Positions 1 to 7,797 of a stretch of 43,626 bases of DNA are shown one piece after another; position 1 is the stretch's first letter, and the number at the start of each line of letters is the position of its first letter. The notes below the pieces were generated by a model that was not told the origin of the DNA, did no database searches, and saw nothing but the letters and a program-made list of their open reading frames with translations. This DNA is from a virus (Duplodnaviria; Caudoviricetes), in IMG/VR virus record IMGVR_UViG_3300011422_000003, positions 1-43,626 of that record. One strand, written 5' to 3'. The position numbers and the translations under genes were made by a program.

Positions 1-123
1 ATAAAAATAATATGAACTTTTCTTCATTTCCCCCATTTTTCCCCTTTACAAACATCTCAAGAACTCCTATATTTCTATCATCCACTCTGGATAACAGAGA
101 TGGCGGTTGGAGCTTCCGAGAGG
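1..123. repeat. Terminal direct repeat, copy 1 (circularity overlap)
   Basis: Bases 1-123 are identical to 43504-43626. Most simply an assembler overlap from a circular or circularly permuted genome. Confidence 0.95.
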
Positions 124-307
124 GTAGCCCTCTGATACGGGTAAGTGAGCACAGCGTAAAGCTGATTAGTCTTACGGATTATCCCCTACAGAGATTGTGT
201 ACCGGCCCTCTCAGAAGGACAAAGGATAGGAAAACCCCAAAGAGGTTGCTAAGTTCAACCAGGTACCCTGCACCACTTCAAAGTGGTGACTCTGCGGTAA
301 AGCCTGG
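85..307 (+). ncRNA. Candidate structured leader RNA upstream of the early operon
   Basis: Dense nested pairings: 85-89/95-99, 119-124/128-133, 141-145/171-175, 152-155/161-164, 244-248/256-260, 259-263/303-307, 271-278/281-288. No credible ORF. Confidence 0.5.
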
Positions 308-341
308 GCGAGTGCTAGTAATCAAGGCGAGTACAGTATAA

Positions 342-392
342 CCCCTCTGCTAGTGTGTGCTAGCACCGATGATTGCTAAAGCATGAAAGGGG
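342..392 (+). ncRNA. Type III hammerhead ribozyme-like element (variant core)
   Basis: Stem III CCCCU 342-346/AGGGG 388-392; unpaired C347; stem I UGCUAG 348-353/CUAGCA 360-365; core CCGAUGA 366-372; stem II 373-376/381-384; GAAA 385-388. Confidence 0.7.
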
Positions 393-398
393 ATATTT

Positions 399-581
399 AT
401 GAAGTTTGACGATTTGACATTAGGTGATATGTTCACATTTTCTATTCACTCTAAAGAGGTTTGGGAGAAAGTAAGTAGTATACATTGTGTATTATTAAAC
501 TACCCCGATGAAGAGGTAGATGAAGTATATAGTGTTAATCAAACAGTCTACGCTTGTGATGTAGTGAAAGTGAGGGGGTGA
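399..581 (+). CDS. Hypothetical early protein (60 aa)
   Basis: ORF with GGGGA Shine-Dalgarno; first gene of the rightward early block. Confidence 0.75.
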   Translation: MKFDDLTLGDMFTFSIHSKEVWEKVSSIHCVLLNYPDEEVDEVYSVNQTVYACDVVKVRG

Positions 582-584
582 GGT

Positions 585-650
585 ATGTTTTGGTTGCTGG
601 TGCTATTTATCCTTTTCGTTATCTTCTTAAATGTGTTTAAGAGTCAGTAG
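585..650 (+). CDS. Very small hydrophobic membrane peptide (MFWLLVLFILFVIFLNVFKSQ)
   Basis: GAGG SD directly upstream; fills the gap after 399-581; below the ORF-track size cut-off. Confidence 0.5.
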   Translation: MFWLLVLFILFVIFLNVFKSQ

Positions 651-653
651 GTG

Positions 654-674
654 TTTTACCTTTAACGTGTAAAA
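654..674. promoter_or_regulatory. Inverted repeat TTTTAC-N9-GTAAAA (candidate operator)
   Basis: Perfect arms at 654-659/669-674; related copies at 1185, 1782 and 43483. Confidence 0.45.
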
Positions 675-697
675 TGTGAATAAAGGGGAAAAGAGAA

Positions 698-874
698 ATG
701 GGAACAAGTGTAACACAGTGGACTATTGCAGACCTAGCAGAGTACTGTGAGCATTGCATGGTGATTGCGATCAAGGATGATGAGAAGTATTGCGATGAGT
801 GTGCAAGTGAGGTGACAGAATGGCTTGCTGTGAAGTATAGTGAACAAAACGCTGTTGAGAAAGGGTTGTACTGA
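698..874 (+). CDS. Small zinc-ribbon protein (58 aa)
   Basis: Translated by hand: CEHC...CDEC; SD upstream; TGATG coupling to 874. Confidence 0.75.
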   Translation: MGTSVTQWTIADLAEYCEHCMVIAIKDDEKYCDECASEVTEWLAVKYSEQNAVEKGLY

Positions 875-1182
875 TGAAAACACTTGCGCAAGCATTGCTC
901 AATGTGTCAGCAAAGTTGCCAATTGAGGATAAAAAAGTAGCTGATAGACTAGGCAGAGCGTATGATATTGTGGGGCAGCTTGGTAGTGGGTATGACATCG
1001 TAAAGAAGAATAACGGAACGTACAAAGTATACAAAGAGAGCACTTTACTGTTAGAAGATAATAGTGTATACTACGCTATAGTTGATGGCATGTGCAGTTG
1101 CCCCGATGCACCAAGTGCAAGGGGCAATATGTGCAAGCATCGCCTTGCTGTGATGCTCATGGAAGAGATGCAGGCTGAATGA
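874..1182 (+). CDS. SWIM zinc-finger protein
   Basis: CSCPD...CKH motif (CxC...CxH) near the C-terminus. Confidence 0.85.
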   Translation: MKTLAQALLNVSAKLPIEDKKVADRLGRAYDIVGQLGSGYDIVKKNNGTYKVYKESTLLLEDNSVYYAIVDGMCSCPDAPSARGNMCKHRLAVMLMEEMQAE

Positions 1183-1184
1183 CA

Positions 1185-1205
1185 TTTTACCTTGAAAGGG
1201 TAAAG
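1185..1205. promoter_or_regulatory. Second TTTTAC-N9-GTAAA(G) element, overlapping the SD of gene 1208
   Basis: TTTTAC 1185-1190, GTAAAG 1200-1205; can also fold as an RNA hairpin. Confidence 0.45.
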
Positions 1206-1207
1206 CG

Positions 1208-1714
1208 ATGGCGGTAGCAGAGATGAAAGCATTAACAGGGGAAGGGTTTGAGGTACAGGTCGATGAGAGTGGTGTGCGTACACTGTGGTTACAGGTGCAT
1301 ACAAACGGTAGTGCAGTGTATGATCTTGCTGAGATTATGCCTGCTGTGCAAGAGAGGATTGAAAGTGGTAAAATGCCAGCGGGTGTATTGGCAAAGGAAG
1401 TAGGCCGGGTTGTGATGCATACAGAGCAATTGCAAGGGGCATTGTCAACGTTGTTCAAGACGTATGGTAGAATGGTAGGGGATGTAAAGAAGGCAAGTGG
1501 GCCTAGGGTGAGTACAGCGTATAAGGCACGGTTTGCACTGCTTGATGGGATGAAGAATAAGATGTTGAAGGAGTATGCCAGGGATTATATCCCCGATGAA
1601 GTGGATAACTTTATCCTGACTGACAGCGGTGATAGGGAAGCACTTATCCATCGCTTGTGCACTGTGCTGGTTGAGGATGTAGAGGGTGGTGAAGGGGAAA
1701 CAGTAGCAGAATAA
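1208..1714 (+). CDS. Hypothetical protein (168 aa)
   Basis: Long ORF in operon orientation, followed by a terminator. Confidence 0.8.
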   Translation: MAVAEMKALTGEGFEVQVDESGVRTLWLQVHTNGSAVYDLAEIMPAVQERIESGKMPAGVLAKEVGRVVMHTEQLQGALSTLFKTYGRMVGDVKKASGPRVSTAYKARFALLDGMKNKMLKEYARDYIPDEVDNFILTDSGDREALIHRLCTVLVEDVEGGEGETVAE

Positions 1715-1747
1715 TAACGGATTGTGGGGCATTCTGAGCGGTTGTGT

Positions 1748-1785
1748 AAGGGGTTAGGGCATTTTAGCCTAACCCCTTTTCTTTT
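1748..1785 (+). terminator. Intrinsic terminator
   Basis: AAGGGGTTAGG/CCTAACCCCTT stem followed by a T-rich tail. Confidence 0.8.
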
Positions 1786-1802
1786 ACCTTTGTGAGGTCA
1801 CT

Positions 1803-1994
1803 ATGCCAATGGTATCAAATAATATACAAGGTTTCTTTTCTTGTACTATGTGTTGCCACGGTAGAGTGTGGTATAGACTCTCCAGCAAGGATACAAATAA
1901 GGAAAACGTAAAAGAGACTAATTATACTAACGTATACTGTGACATTTGCCGGCAAGCGTATGCTATCAAAGTTGTTATTGAAGAGAGGAAATAA
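1803..1994 (+). CDS. Small zinc-ribbon protein
   Basis: CTMC...CDIC; GAGG SD. Confidence 0.7.
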   Translation: MPMVSNNIQGFFSCTMCCHGRVWYRLSSKDTNKENVKETNYTNVYCDICRQAYAIKVVIEERK

Positions 1995-2000
1995 TAGCCT

Positions 2001-2708
2001 ATGCGTTATGTGAAGATCAGTAAGTTTCTAGAGGAAAAAGAACAGGTTAATTGGTTGGTAGAGGGGTTGTTACCGGATGTAGGGTGGACGCTGTTTTTTG
2101 GCTTAAAGGGTATAGGTAAGACAACATTTGCCATACAACTCTGCGAAGCATTGCAAGCAGGTGCACCTTTCATGGGGAGAAAGACGAAGAAGACTAGGAT
2201 ATTGTTTATACAAGCTGACAGCGTTGCGATGGAGTGGAGGGAGATACTCAAGAGGGTATCACCTAAGAATGAAGGTTTTACTGTTGTTGATGTTCCTGCC
2301 CGTTGCCTTGGTGACAACAACTATGTAGCTACGCTTAAAACGTTTATTGATACAGTCAAACCTGGCTTCATTGTGTGGGATAGCTTGTACAAGCTGGCAA
2401 GTGATGATATTAACAACGCTAAGATACTGCTCAGTATTGAGAAGATGATAGCTATGTGTGACGGTATGCCTTGGATGTTGATACATCACCCTCCCCATGG
2501 GGAGAGTAGAGCCGCTGGCAGCTCATCACTAGGCAACACATGCAGCAATGAATGGTGTCTTCTCGGTAGTAAGCTACGCATCGATAAAAGTCGCTTAACA
2601 GCAGAAAAGGAGTTATTGCTGAAGCGCAATAAAGATAATGGTGGTTTGTGGGAATTGCATCAACATAAGGTGGTAAAAGGTGAGAGTTTTATGGATAGGG
2701 AAATATGA
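2001..2708 (+). CDS. AAA_25/RepA-like RecA-fold ATPase (helicase-like, no primase domain)
   Basis: WLVEGLLP lead-in, Walker A GLKGIGKT, Walker B IVWDSL, LIHH and RAAGSS motifs. Confidence 0.85.
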   Translation: MRYVKISKFLEEKEQVNWLVEGLLPDVGWTLFFGLKGIGKTTFAIQLCEALQAGAPFMGRKTKKTRILFIQADSVAMEWREILKRVSPKNEGFTVVDVPARCLGDNNYVATLKTFIDTVKPGFIVWDSLYKLASDDINNAKILLSIEKMIAMCDGMPWMLIHHPPHGESRAAGSSSLGNTCSNEWCLLGSKLRIDKSRLTAEKELLLKRNKDNGGLWELHQHKVVKGESFMDREI

Positions 2709-3040
2709 AGATGAGAAAAGCACAATACCCCACACAATGTAAAGACTGTGGCAGTGGTGATGTGATACGGGTGTTTGAGAGGCATAGAGAGTTAGAAAAA
2801 AACTACTTCAATGATGTCCTCTGTCCGCCTTGTCTGCAAAGCAGAGCCCAGTTACAAAACATGAAGGAAGATAAGTTACCATTCCACAAGTTACTTGCGA
2901 AGATTAGAGGTGAGATGATGAAGGCCATACATCACATATGTGCTAGTGATAGGTTAAAGAAATACAAAGGCGTCAACCCTTATGCACATGTGAATAACCT
3001 TCCTAACTATTGGATAGAGCAACTTCAAGGGGGGAAATGA
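2705..3040 (+). CDS. Hypothetical protein with CxxC...CxxC
   Basis: CKDC and CPPC; ATGA overlap with upstream gene. Confidence 0.7.
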   Translation: MKMRKAQYPTQCKDCGSGDVIRVFERHRELEKNYFNDVLCPPCLQSRAQLQNMKEDKLPFHKLLAKIRGEMMKAIHHICASDRLKKYKGVNPYAHVNNLPNYWIEQLQGGK

Positions 3041-3210
3041 TGACTGTCGAAGAGTTAATTGAGAAATTAAAACAGTTCGACTTAAAAGAGACTATATACA
3101 GGTATGATGGAGAATATGGTAGGCAATGTATAGAAAGTGTTAGTTATATGCAATGGTACGTTAGTGATGGTTTGAAGTATGAGACTGTAACATCTTTAAC
3201 TATTGAATAA
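3037..3210 (+). CDS. Hypothetical protein
   Basis: Start reassigned to ATG 3037 (ATGA overlap); MTVEELIEKLKQF N-terminus typical of small phage ORFs. Confidence 0.7.
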   Translation: MMTVEELIEKLKQFDLKETIYRYDGEYGRQCIESVSYMQWYVSDGLKYETVTSLTIE

Positions 3211-3224
3211 AGAGAGGGGAAATA

Positions 3225-3425
3225 ATGAAAGAACCGGAAATATCATGCTACGGTGTAAAGCAAGGGATGATAGGGGATGTGAGTGTTATAGAGTATCTCT
3301 TCGCTGTGAATCAGTTACCTATCAGAACAGTGATGTACCTCAATGAAAGGGATGTTAGTCATAACAGTTTGATACAAGAGGCATGTACGTATACGTTCTT
3401 TCACTATATGAATAGAGGTGTGTGA
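3225..3425 (+). CDS. Hypothetical protein
   Basis: SD and operon position. Confidence 0.6.
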   Translation: MKEPEISCYGVKQGMIGDVSVIEYLFAVNQLPIRTVMYLNERDVSHNSLIQEACTYTFFHYMNRGV

Positions 3426-3754
3426 TGGATAGAACGCCAGCAGTGCAATTAACAGAAACAGAAGCTATTGCATTAGCAGAGTCACAATGGTGGAAGGATA
3501 AGGATGCAATAGTAATAGCTGTATTTCAGCTATCGCAAGAGAGGTTATGTGTAGATTTTAGTGATTTTCACAAAGCTGTTGAGTCAGCGTTAGGTAGAAG
3601 TGTGTGGACACATGAGTTTGCCTATCCTGATCTACTGTGGGATGAATTACATGAAAAGAGAGTACCACCTACTTTTAATGATATACTCAATATGTTACCG
3701 ATAGATAAGGTTATAATCATTGAAAGGGAGAATGATGGAAAGAAAGTGGAGTAA
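3422..3754 (+). CDS. Hypothetical phage protein
   Basis: Overlaps both neighbours; LGRSVWTHEF motif resembles a recurrent phage hypothetical family (recalled, not searched). Confidence 0.75.
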   Translation: MMDRTPAVQLTETEAIALAESQWWKDKDAIVIAVFQLSQERLCVDFSDFHKAVESALGRSVWTHEFAYPDLLWDELHEKRVPPTFNDILNMLPIDKVIIIERENDGKKVE

Positions 3755-5165
3755 CTACAGCACAGCTATCTTCTCTCACTTCACTGAGAGTGATGATAAC
3801 CTGATAGTGCAAGCATGCCCTGGTGCTGGTAAGACGACGAACATTGAGCATATATGGGGGCTTGACAACAAACCAACAGTGTACACTGTTTTCAATAAAC
3901 ACAATCAGCTAGAGGCACTTGAAAAGCTTCCTGTTAAGGCTAACAGCGCAGTATTGACACTTAACGGTCTAGGTGCAGGGATTGTCAATGCTACCTTTGG
4001 TAGGGTGACACTTGATAAGTACAAGGTGCCTAACCTCATCAAAGCAATGGCATCATATAAGATGGGGAGGAGTAAAGAGAGTAGAGAGAGGCAGTATATA
4101 CTTGCCAATATGGTCAGCATTGCAAAGTGTATGGACACTGGTGCAGGGTTTAGTGAGGAGATGTATGACAATGCTGTGAGTGTGTATGACATTGAAGAGT
4201 ACCCCTCTCTCTATCAGGAAACTGTAGACATACTAGAACGTAGTGATAACATGACAAACGTCATTGACTTTCAAGATCAGCTACGCTTTCCTGTCATTTA
4301 TGACTGTGTAATGCCGCAGTATCATAATGTGCTTGGAGATGAGGTGCAGGATTTCAATGCTGTGCAAGCGGCGTTGCTGTCAAAGCTGAAAGCACAGCGT
4401 TATGTGTTAGTGGGTGATAGTCACCAGAGTATCTATGGCTTCCGTGGTGCAATGAATAACAGCATGAGTATCCTCAAGGAACAATTCAAATGCACTGAGC
4501 TACCGCTCTCAATCACTTATAGGTGCGCAAAGGGTATTGTGAAGGAGGCAGCAAACGTCTACAAGGATATAGAAGCGTGGAGTGAGAGTCCACAGGGCGT
4601 TGTACGCTACAGCGATGGTGACAACGAACAATACACCAGCGACGATATTATCCTCTGCAGGATGAACAGACCACTCATTGCACTAGCGTATCAACTACTC
4701 AACAACAACACACCATGCCATGTGAGAGGGAGGGATATTGGGGAAGGTTTGGTGAAACTGATCAATAAACAAGGTTGCTTCACTGTACGTGAATTGATAA
4801 CAAGGCTCAATGATGAGTACACTGTGGAGGTAGAGAAGGCGAGAGTAAAAGAAGATGATGATAAGATACCACGTCTACAGGATAAGTATGGTAGTGCGTT
4901 GCTGTTTTGTAATAGAGCAAAGCTAGATGACACACCAGAGATGGTGATTGCTGCTATCAATACGCTGTTTGAGCAGGGGAGAGGCGTATGCCTCAGCACT
5001 GTGCATAAGGCAAAGGGGTTAGAAGCACAACGTGCTTTCATCCTTGACAGTGCATTACATAGCACCTTTACCCAACGTGCAAGGCAACAATGGCAGAGAG
5101 AGCAAGAGAGAAATATATTGTATGTTGCGATAACAAGAGCGAAGGGTGAGTTAGTATATATGTGA
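3732..5165 (+). CDS. UvrD/Rep-like superfamily 1 DNA helicase
   Basis: ACPGAGKT, DEVQD, VGDSHQSIYGFRGA, LSITYRC, STVHKAKGLE, YVAITRAK (motifs I-VI). Start moved to ATG 3732. Confidence 0.95.
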   Translation: MMERKWSNYSTAIFSHFTESDDNLIVQACPGAGKTTNIEHIWGLDNKPTVYTVFNKHNQLEALEKLPVKANSAVLTLNGLGAGIVNATFGRVTLDKYKVPNLIKAMASYKMGRSKESRERQYILANMVSIAKCMDTGAGFSEEMYDNAVSVYDIEEYPSLYQETVDILERSDNMTNVIDFQDQLRFPVIYDCVMPQYHNVLGDEVQDFNAVQAALLSKLKAQRYVLVGDSHQSIYGFRGAMNNSMSILKEQFKCTELPLSITYRCAKGIVKEAANVYKDIEAWSESPQGVVRYSDGDNEQYTSDDIILCRMNRPLIALAYQLLNNNTPCHVRGRDIGEGLVKLINKQGCFTVRELITRLNDEYTVEVEKARVKEDDDKIPRLQDKYGSALLFCNRAKLDDTPEMVIAAINTLFEQGRGVCLSTVHKAKGLEAQRAFILDSALHSTFTQRARQQWQREQERNILYVAITRAKGELVYM

Positions 5166-5440
5166 GGTATATATGTGTGAAGAGTAAAATACACATCTCT
5201 TGTGGCAGTAATACACTTTGTGGTTTATTAAGTAGCAAGGTGAGAGTTACTGCTCATGTAGAAATAGTAACCTGTCAAGAGTGTTATGGGAAGTATATAA
5301 AAGGGGAGTATAAAAGATTCAAATACATACACAATGCTGTTAATGATTATGCCATTATGATGTATAGAGAAGCATTAGAGAGAGGTATTACTATTGAAGA
5401 AAAAGAGAGATTTAGAGTTATGCTGAGGTTAAGCTTTTAA
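5162..5440 (+). CDS. Small zinc-binding protein
   Basis: H...LCG...VTCQEC pattern, also seen in 10303-10494. Confidence 0.65.
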   Translation: MRYICVKSKIHISCGSNTLCGLLSSKVRVTAHVEIVTCQECYGKYIKGEYKRFKYIHNAVNDYAIMMYREALERGITIEEKERFRVMLRLSF

Positions 5441-5465
5441 TGTATATGTAAAGAGGAGATACACT

Positions 5466-5675
5466 GTGAGAGCAAGTTGCTCTGCCTCTTTTGAGATAAC
5501 ACTCAACATGTGTGGTATGTCTTATGATTATTGGTTACTACTCTTTCAAACAAAACATATGGTCAAACGACAAAGGAAAACTATAGAGAAACTCATTAAG
5601 AAAGTGCAAAGGGTACATACGGGTAAAGGATTCTATATTGCAGGTGTATATGTGATGAAAGGGGAGAAGGTATGA
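5466..5675 (+). CDS. Hypothetical protein
   Basis: GAGGAG SD; overlaps next gene. Confidence 0.55.
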   Translation: MRASCSASFEITLNMCGMSYDYWLLLFQTKHMVKRQRKTIEKLIKKVQRVHTGKGFYIAGVYVMKGEKV

Positions 5676-5917
5676 CTGAGAGTGAGAAGGTTATACGTGC
5701 ATTCACACAAGAAACGTGTGCATTTATTACACAGCACTTCCCACAGGGAGAGCACAACCCTGCAGTCATTGCTGCTTACCTGTCAACAGTTATCACTTTG
5801 GTTTGGGAAGGGTTTTGTAAGGATGAAGTGGAGCTCGTTGACACGGTGAGAGCCTTTGCAACGATGCTGCATGCAATGCCAGAAGAGTGTTATTTCAACG
5901 GTGATGAAGAGGGGTGA
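5672..5917 (+). CDS. Hypothetical protein
   Basis: Last gene of the early block. Confidence 0.7.
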   Translation: MTESEKVIRAFTQETCAFITQHFPQGEHNPAVIAAYLSTVITLVWEGFCKDEVELVDTVRAFATMLHAMPEECYFNGDEEG

Positions 5918-5928
5918 AAGAGGGGTGA

Positions 5929-5973
5929 AAGTGACAGTGCTCCATATGTACATATGGGGGAAGTGACAGTGCT
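5929..5973. repeat. 16-bp palindrome flanked by 13-bp direct repeats
   Basis: CCATATGTACATATGG at 5942-5957; AAGTGACAGTGCT at 5929-5941 and 5961-5973. Confidence 0.85.
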
Positions 5974-6013
5974 GCCTTAAAGGGGGGAAGAAGGGGTAAG
6001 TGGTTGAAAAGGA

Positions 6014-6295
6014 AGGTGAGATGGCTTATGTTGGGGGAGAGCATTAGCTCTAGTCCATCTCACCTAATCCCCTTTGTCAGCTACCAAACTGTACTGGAGT
6101 GGAGCAAAGTGGGCTAAGTGTGTGTGACAAGCAGGCATCGTGCAGTTTGTACTGACCTAACCTAGTGCAAGTGAGACCAAAGCGAGGGTGAACTGTACCT
6201 ATGTACACGCTATCAAAGTGAGAGAGTACTGATAGGTACTGGTGGTGCTGTTTGCACTAGTGACCAGATCAGTGCTGTCCAGGGAACCCATAAGC
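6014..6295 (+). ncRNA. Candidate large structured non-coding RNA
   Basis: Pairings 6014-6024/6055-6065, 6085-6094/6140-6149, 6074-6079/6125-6130, 6149-6155/6269-6275, 6162-6170/6252-6260, 6195-6202/6232-6239, 6024-6030/6289-6295. G-U pairs favour the + sense. Confidence 0.55.
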
Positions 6296-6381
6296 TGTCC
6301 CCACTATGCCCCCTCACACCCCCAGTGATCCCTCTCAAACACTCTAAAAATTTCTCCTCACTGCCCTCCACACACTCTCAT

Positions 6382-6410
6382 TTGACACCTTTCCCTGACA
6401 ATGTTACACT
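6382..6410 (+). promoter_or_regulatory. Sigma70-type promoter
   Basis: TTGACA-17 nt-TACACT with extended -10 TG. Confidence 0.85.
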
Positions 6411-6446
6411 CCCCCTACACACCCTTGCACTGAAAGGGCACTGTTC

Positions 6447-6761
6447 ATGAGCACATCCCCACTCTTCATCGTCAATGTCAATCAAGGAGGAGCTGAACTG
6501 ATGGCAACACTTGCTGAAGTAAAAACTGCGGTAGAGGAACTACAAAGTAGTGCACAACTTGTTGAAGACGGCCTTGACACCCTTGTAACCCTCATCACTG
6601 ACCTTCGTGCACAGGTCGCTGCTGGCGGTGGAGTAACTGAAGCACAACTTGATGAAGTAATGAGTGGTATTAATGCAGTGCGTGAACCGCTTGCGGATAG
6701 CCTTGACAAACAAGCTGCTGTGAACACCCCACCCACTCCTGTTGATCCACTCAATCAGTAA
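6447..6761 (+). CDS. Small helical/coiled-coil protein (alternative start ATG 6501)
   Basis: Own promoter; AAGGAGG SD before MATLAEVK at 6501. Confidence 0.8.
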   Translation: MSTSPLFIVNVNQGGAELMATLAEVKTAVEELQSSAQLVEDGLDTLVTLITDLRAQVAAGGGVTEAQLDEVMSGINAVREPLADSLDKQAAVNTPPTPVDPLNQ

Positions 6762-6799
6762 CACACAGTGGGGTAGTACTTGCTACACAGCACAAAGTG

Positions 6800-7012
6800 C
6801 TACCCTCTCTCCTTCACCTCCATAAACCTCTCAAAAGCATACCTAGCTGCACTAATACTTCTCAAGAACTCAGCTAACTCCACAGAGCTGTCAAACGATA
6901 GACAAAGCTGCTCCACTTCACTCAACATCCTTCTAAGCCTCTCCACACTCTCTTTATCACTATAACTCACTGAAACAGCTATCACTGCTCTGTCCACTTT
7001 ACCTCCTATCAT
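6800..7012 (-). CDS. Hypothetical protein
   Basis: Last ORF of the leftward block. Confidence 0.55.
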   Translation of the reverse strand: MIGGKVDRAVIAVSVSYSDKESVERLRRMLSEVEQLCLSFDSSVELAEFLRSISAARYAFERFMEVKERG

Positions 7013-7262
7013 ACCTCTCTATCCCTGTCCCATCCACCTTCCACAACATCACCTTCACCCTCTCCACCTCACTCTGCACTTTCACCACTTCCCTTTGCAA
7101 CATCCACAACTCTTGCCTCACCCCTTTCACATCCTCCCTCATCTCTGTATATAAATACCCTCCAATACCTATCAACAAAACAAAAACACCCCCTGTTACA
7201 CCCCACAATACCCTTTGCACTACAGCCCATACCTCTTTACTACTTAACCCCGCTTCAATCAC
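6999..7262 (-). CDS. Single-TM protein with coiled-coil tail (holin/lysis-accessory candidate)
   Basis: VLWGVTGGVFVLLIGIGGYLY hydrophobic segment followed by a heptad-like region. Confidence 0.65.
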   Translation of the reverse strand: MIEAGLSSKEVWAVVQRVLWGVTGGVFVLLIGIGGYLYTEMREDVKGVRQELWMLQREVVKVQSEVERVKVMLWKVDGTGIERYDRR

Positions 7263-7271
7263 ATATCCCCT

Positions 7272-7613
7272 TCACCTTGGCATCTCTCCAGGTGTAATGA
7301 TAACAGAAGGTGGTGTAGTTTCTACTGTCACTGGAACACTCATCGTCGGCGTTGCTGCTAATGCAAGCCTCGCCTTCTCCGCAGATGCAATCTCTAAATC
7401 CTTCGCTAACAACAGGGCATCTCTCATTGCCACTTTCATCTTCTCAGCATCTAATGCTGAGTTGACTAGTGTATGAATCTTCCCCGTTCTAATAACTGCT
7501 ACCCCTGCAGCAATAGCCCCTATCAGTGAAATCAACACACCACCAACAGACGTAACTAATAACGCTATAACCTTTGCGTCATCCATAGTTATCATATGTG
7601 CAGCAGTTTCCAT
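7272..7613 (-). CDS. Single-TM protein (holin-like candidate)
   Basis: Start reassigned to ATG 7613 (GGAGG SD); long hydrophobic helix followed by IHTLVNS. Confidence 0.65.
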   Translation of the reverse strand: METAAHMITMDDAKVIALLVTSVGGVLISLIGAIAAGVAVIRTGKIHTLVNSALDAEKMKVAMRDALLLAKDLEIASAEKARLALAATPTMSVPVTVETTPPSVIITPGEMPR

Positions 7614-7615
7614 GC

Positions 7616-7771
7616 TTACAACCTCCCACTTAACACTAGCACAATGAGGATAATCAACAACACAAACCCTATCCCTGATGGCCCATACCCCCAATTATGC
7701 CAATGCCCTCCCACTTGTGGCAACCCTAGAAACACAAGCAAAATAATAATCACAATTAAAAGCATACTCAC
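7616..7771 (-). CDS. DUF3309-family small membrane protein
   Basis: Hand translation MSMLLIVIIILLVFLGLPQVGGHWHNWGYGPSGIGFVLLIILIVLVLSGRL has the LP...WGYGPSG...GRL signature; absent from the ORF track. Confidence 0.85.
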   Translation of the reverse strand: MSMLLIVIIILLVFLGLPQVGGHWHNWGYGPSGIGFVLLIILIVLVLSGRL

Positions 7772-7797
7772 TGCATCACCCCCCTATTAAAACCACC

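Noticed and set aside
1-123. Terminal repeat as a biological direct terminal repeat
   Set aside because: It is exact, short and cuts through the structured leader; more simply an assembly overlap. Physical ends cannot be determined from this sequence.
186-206. CUACAGAGAUUG resembles a group I intron R element
   Set aside because: No matching downstream S element or P7 partner, and no interrupted gene.
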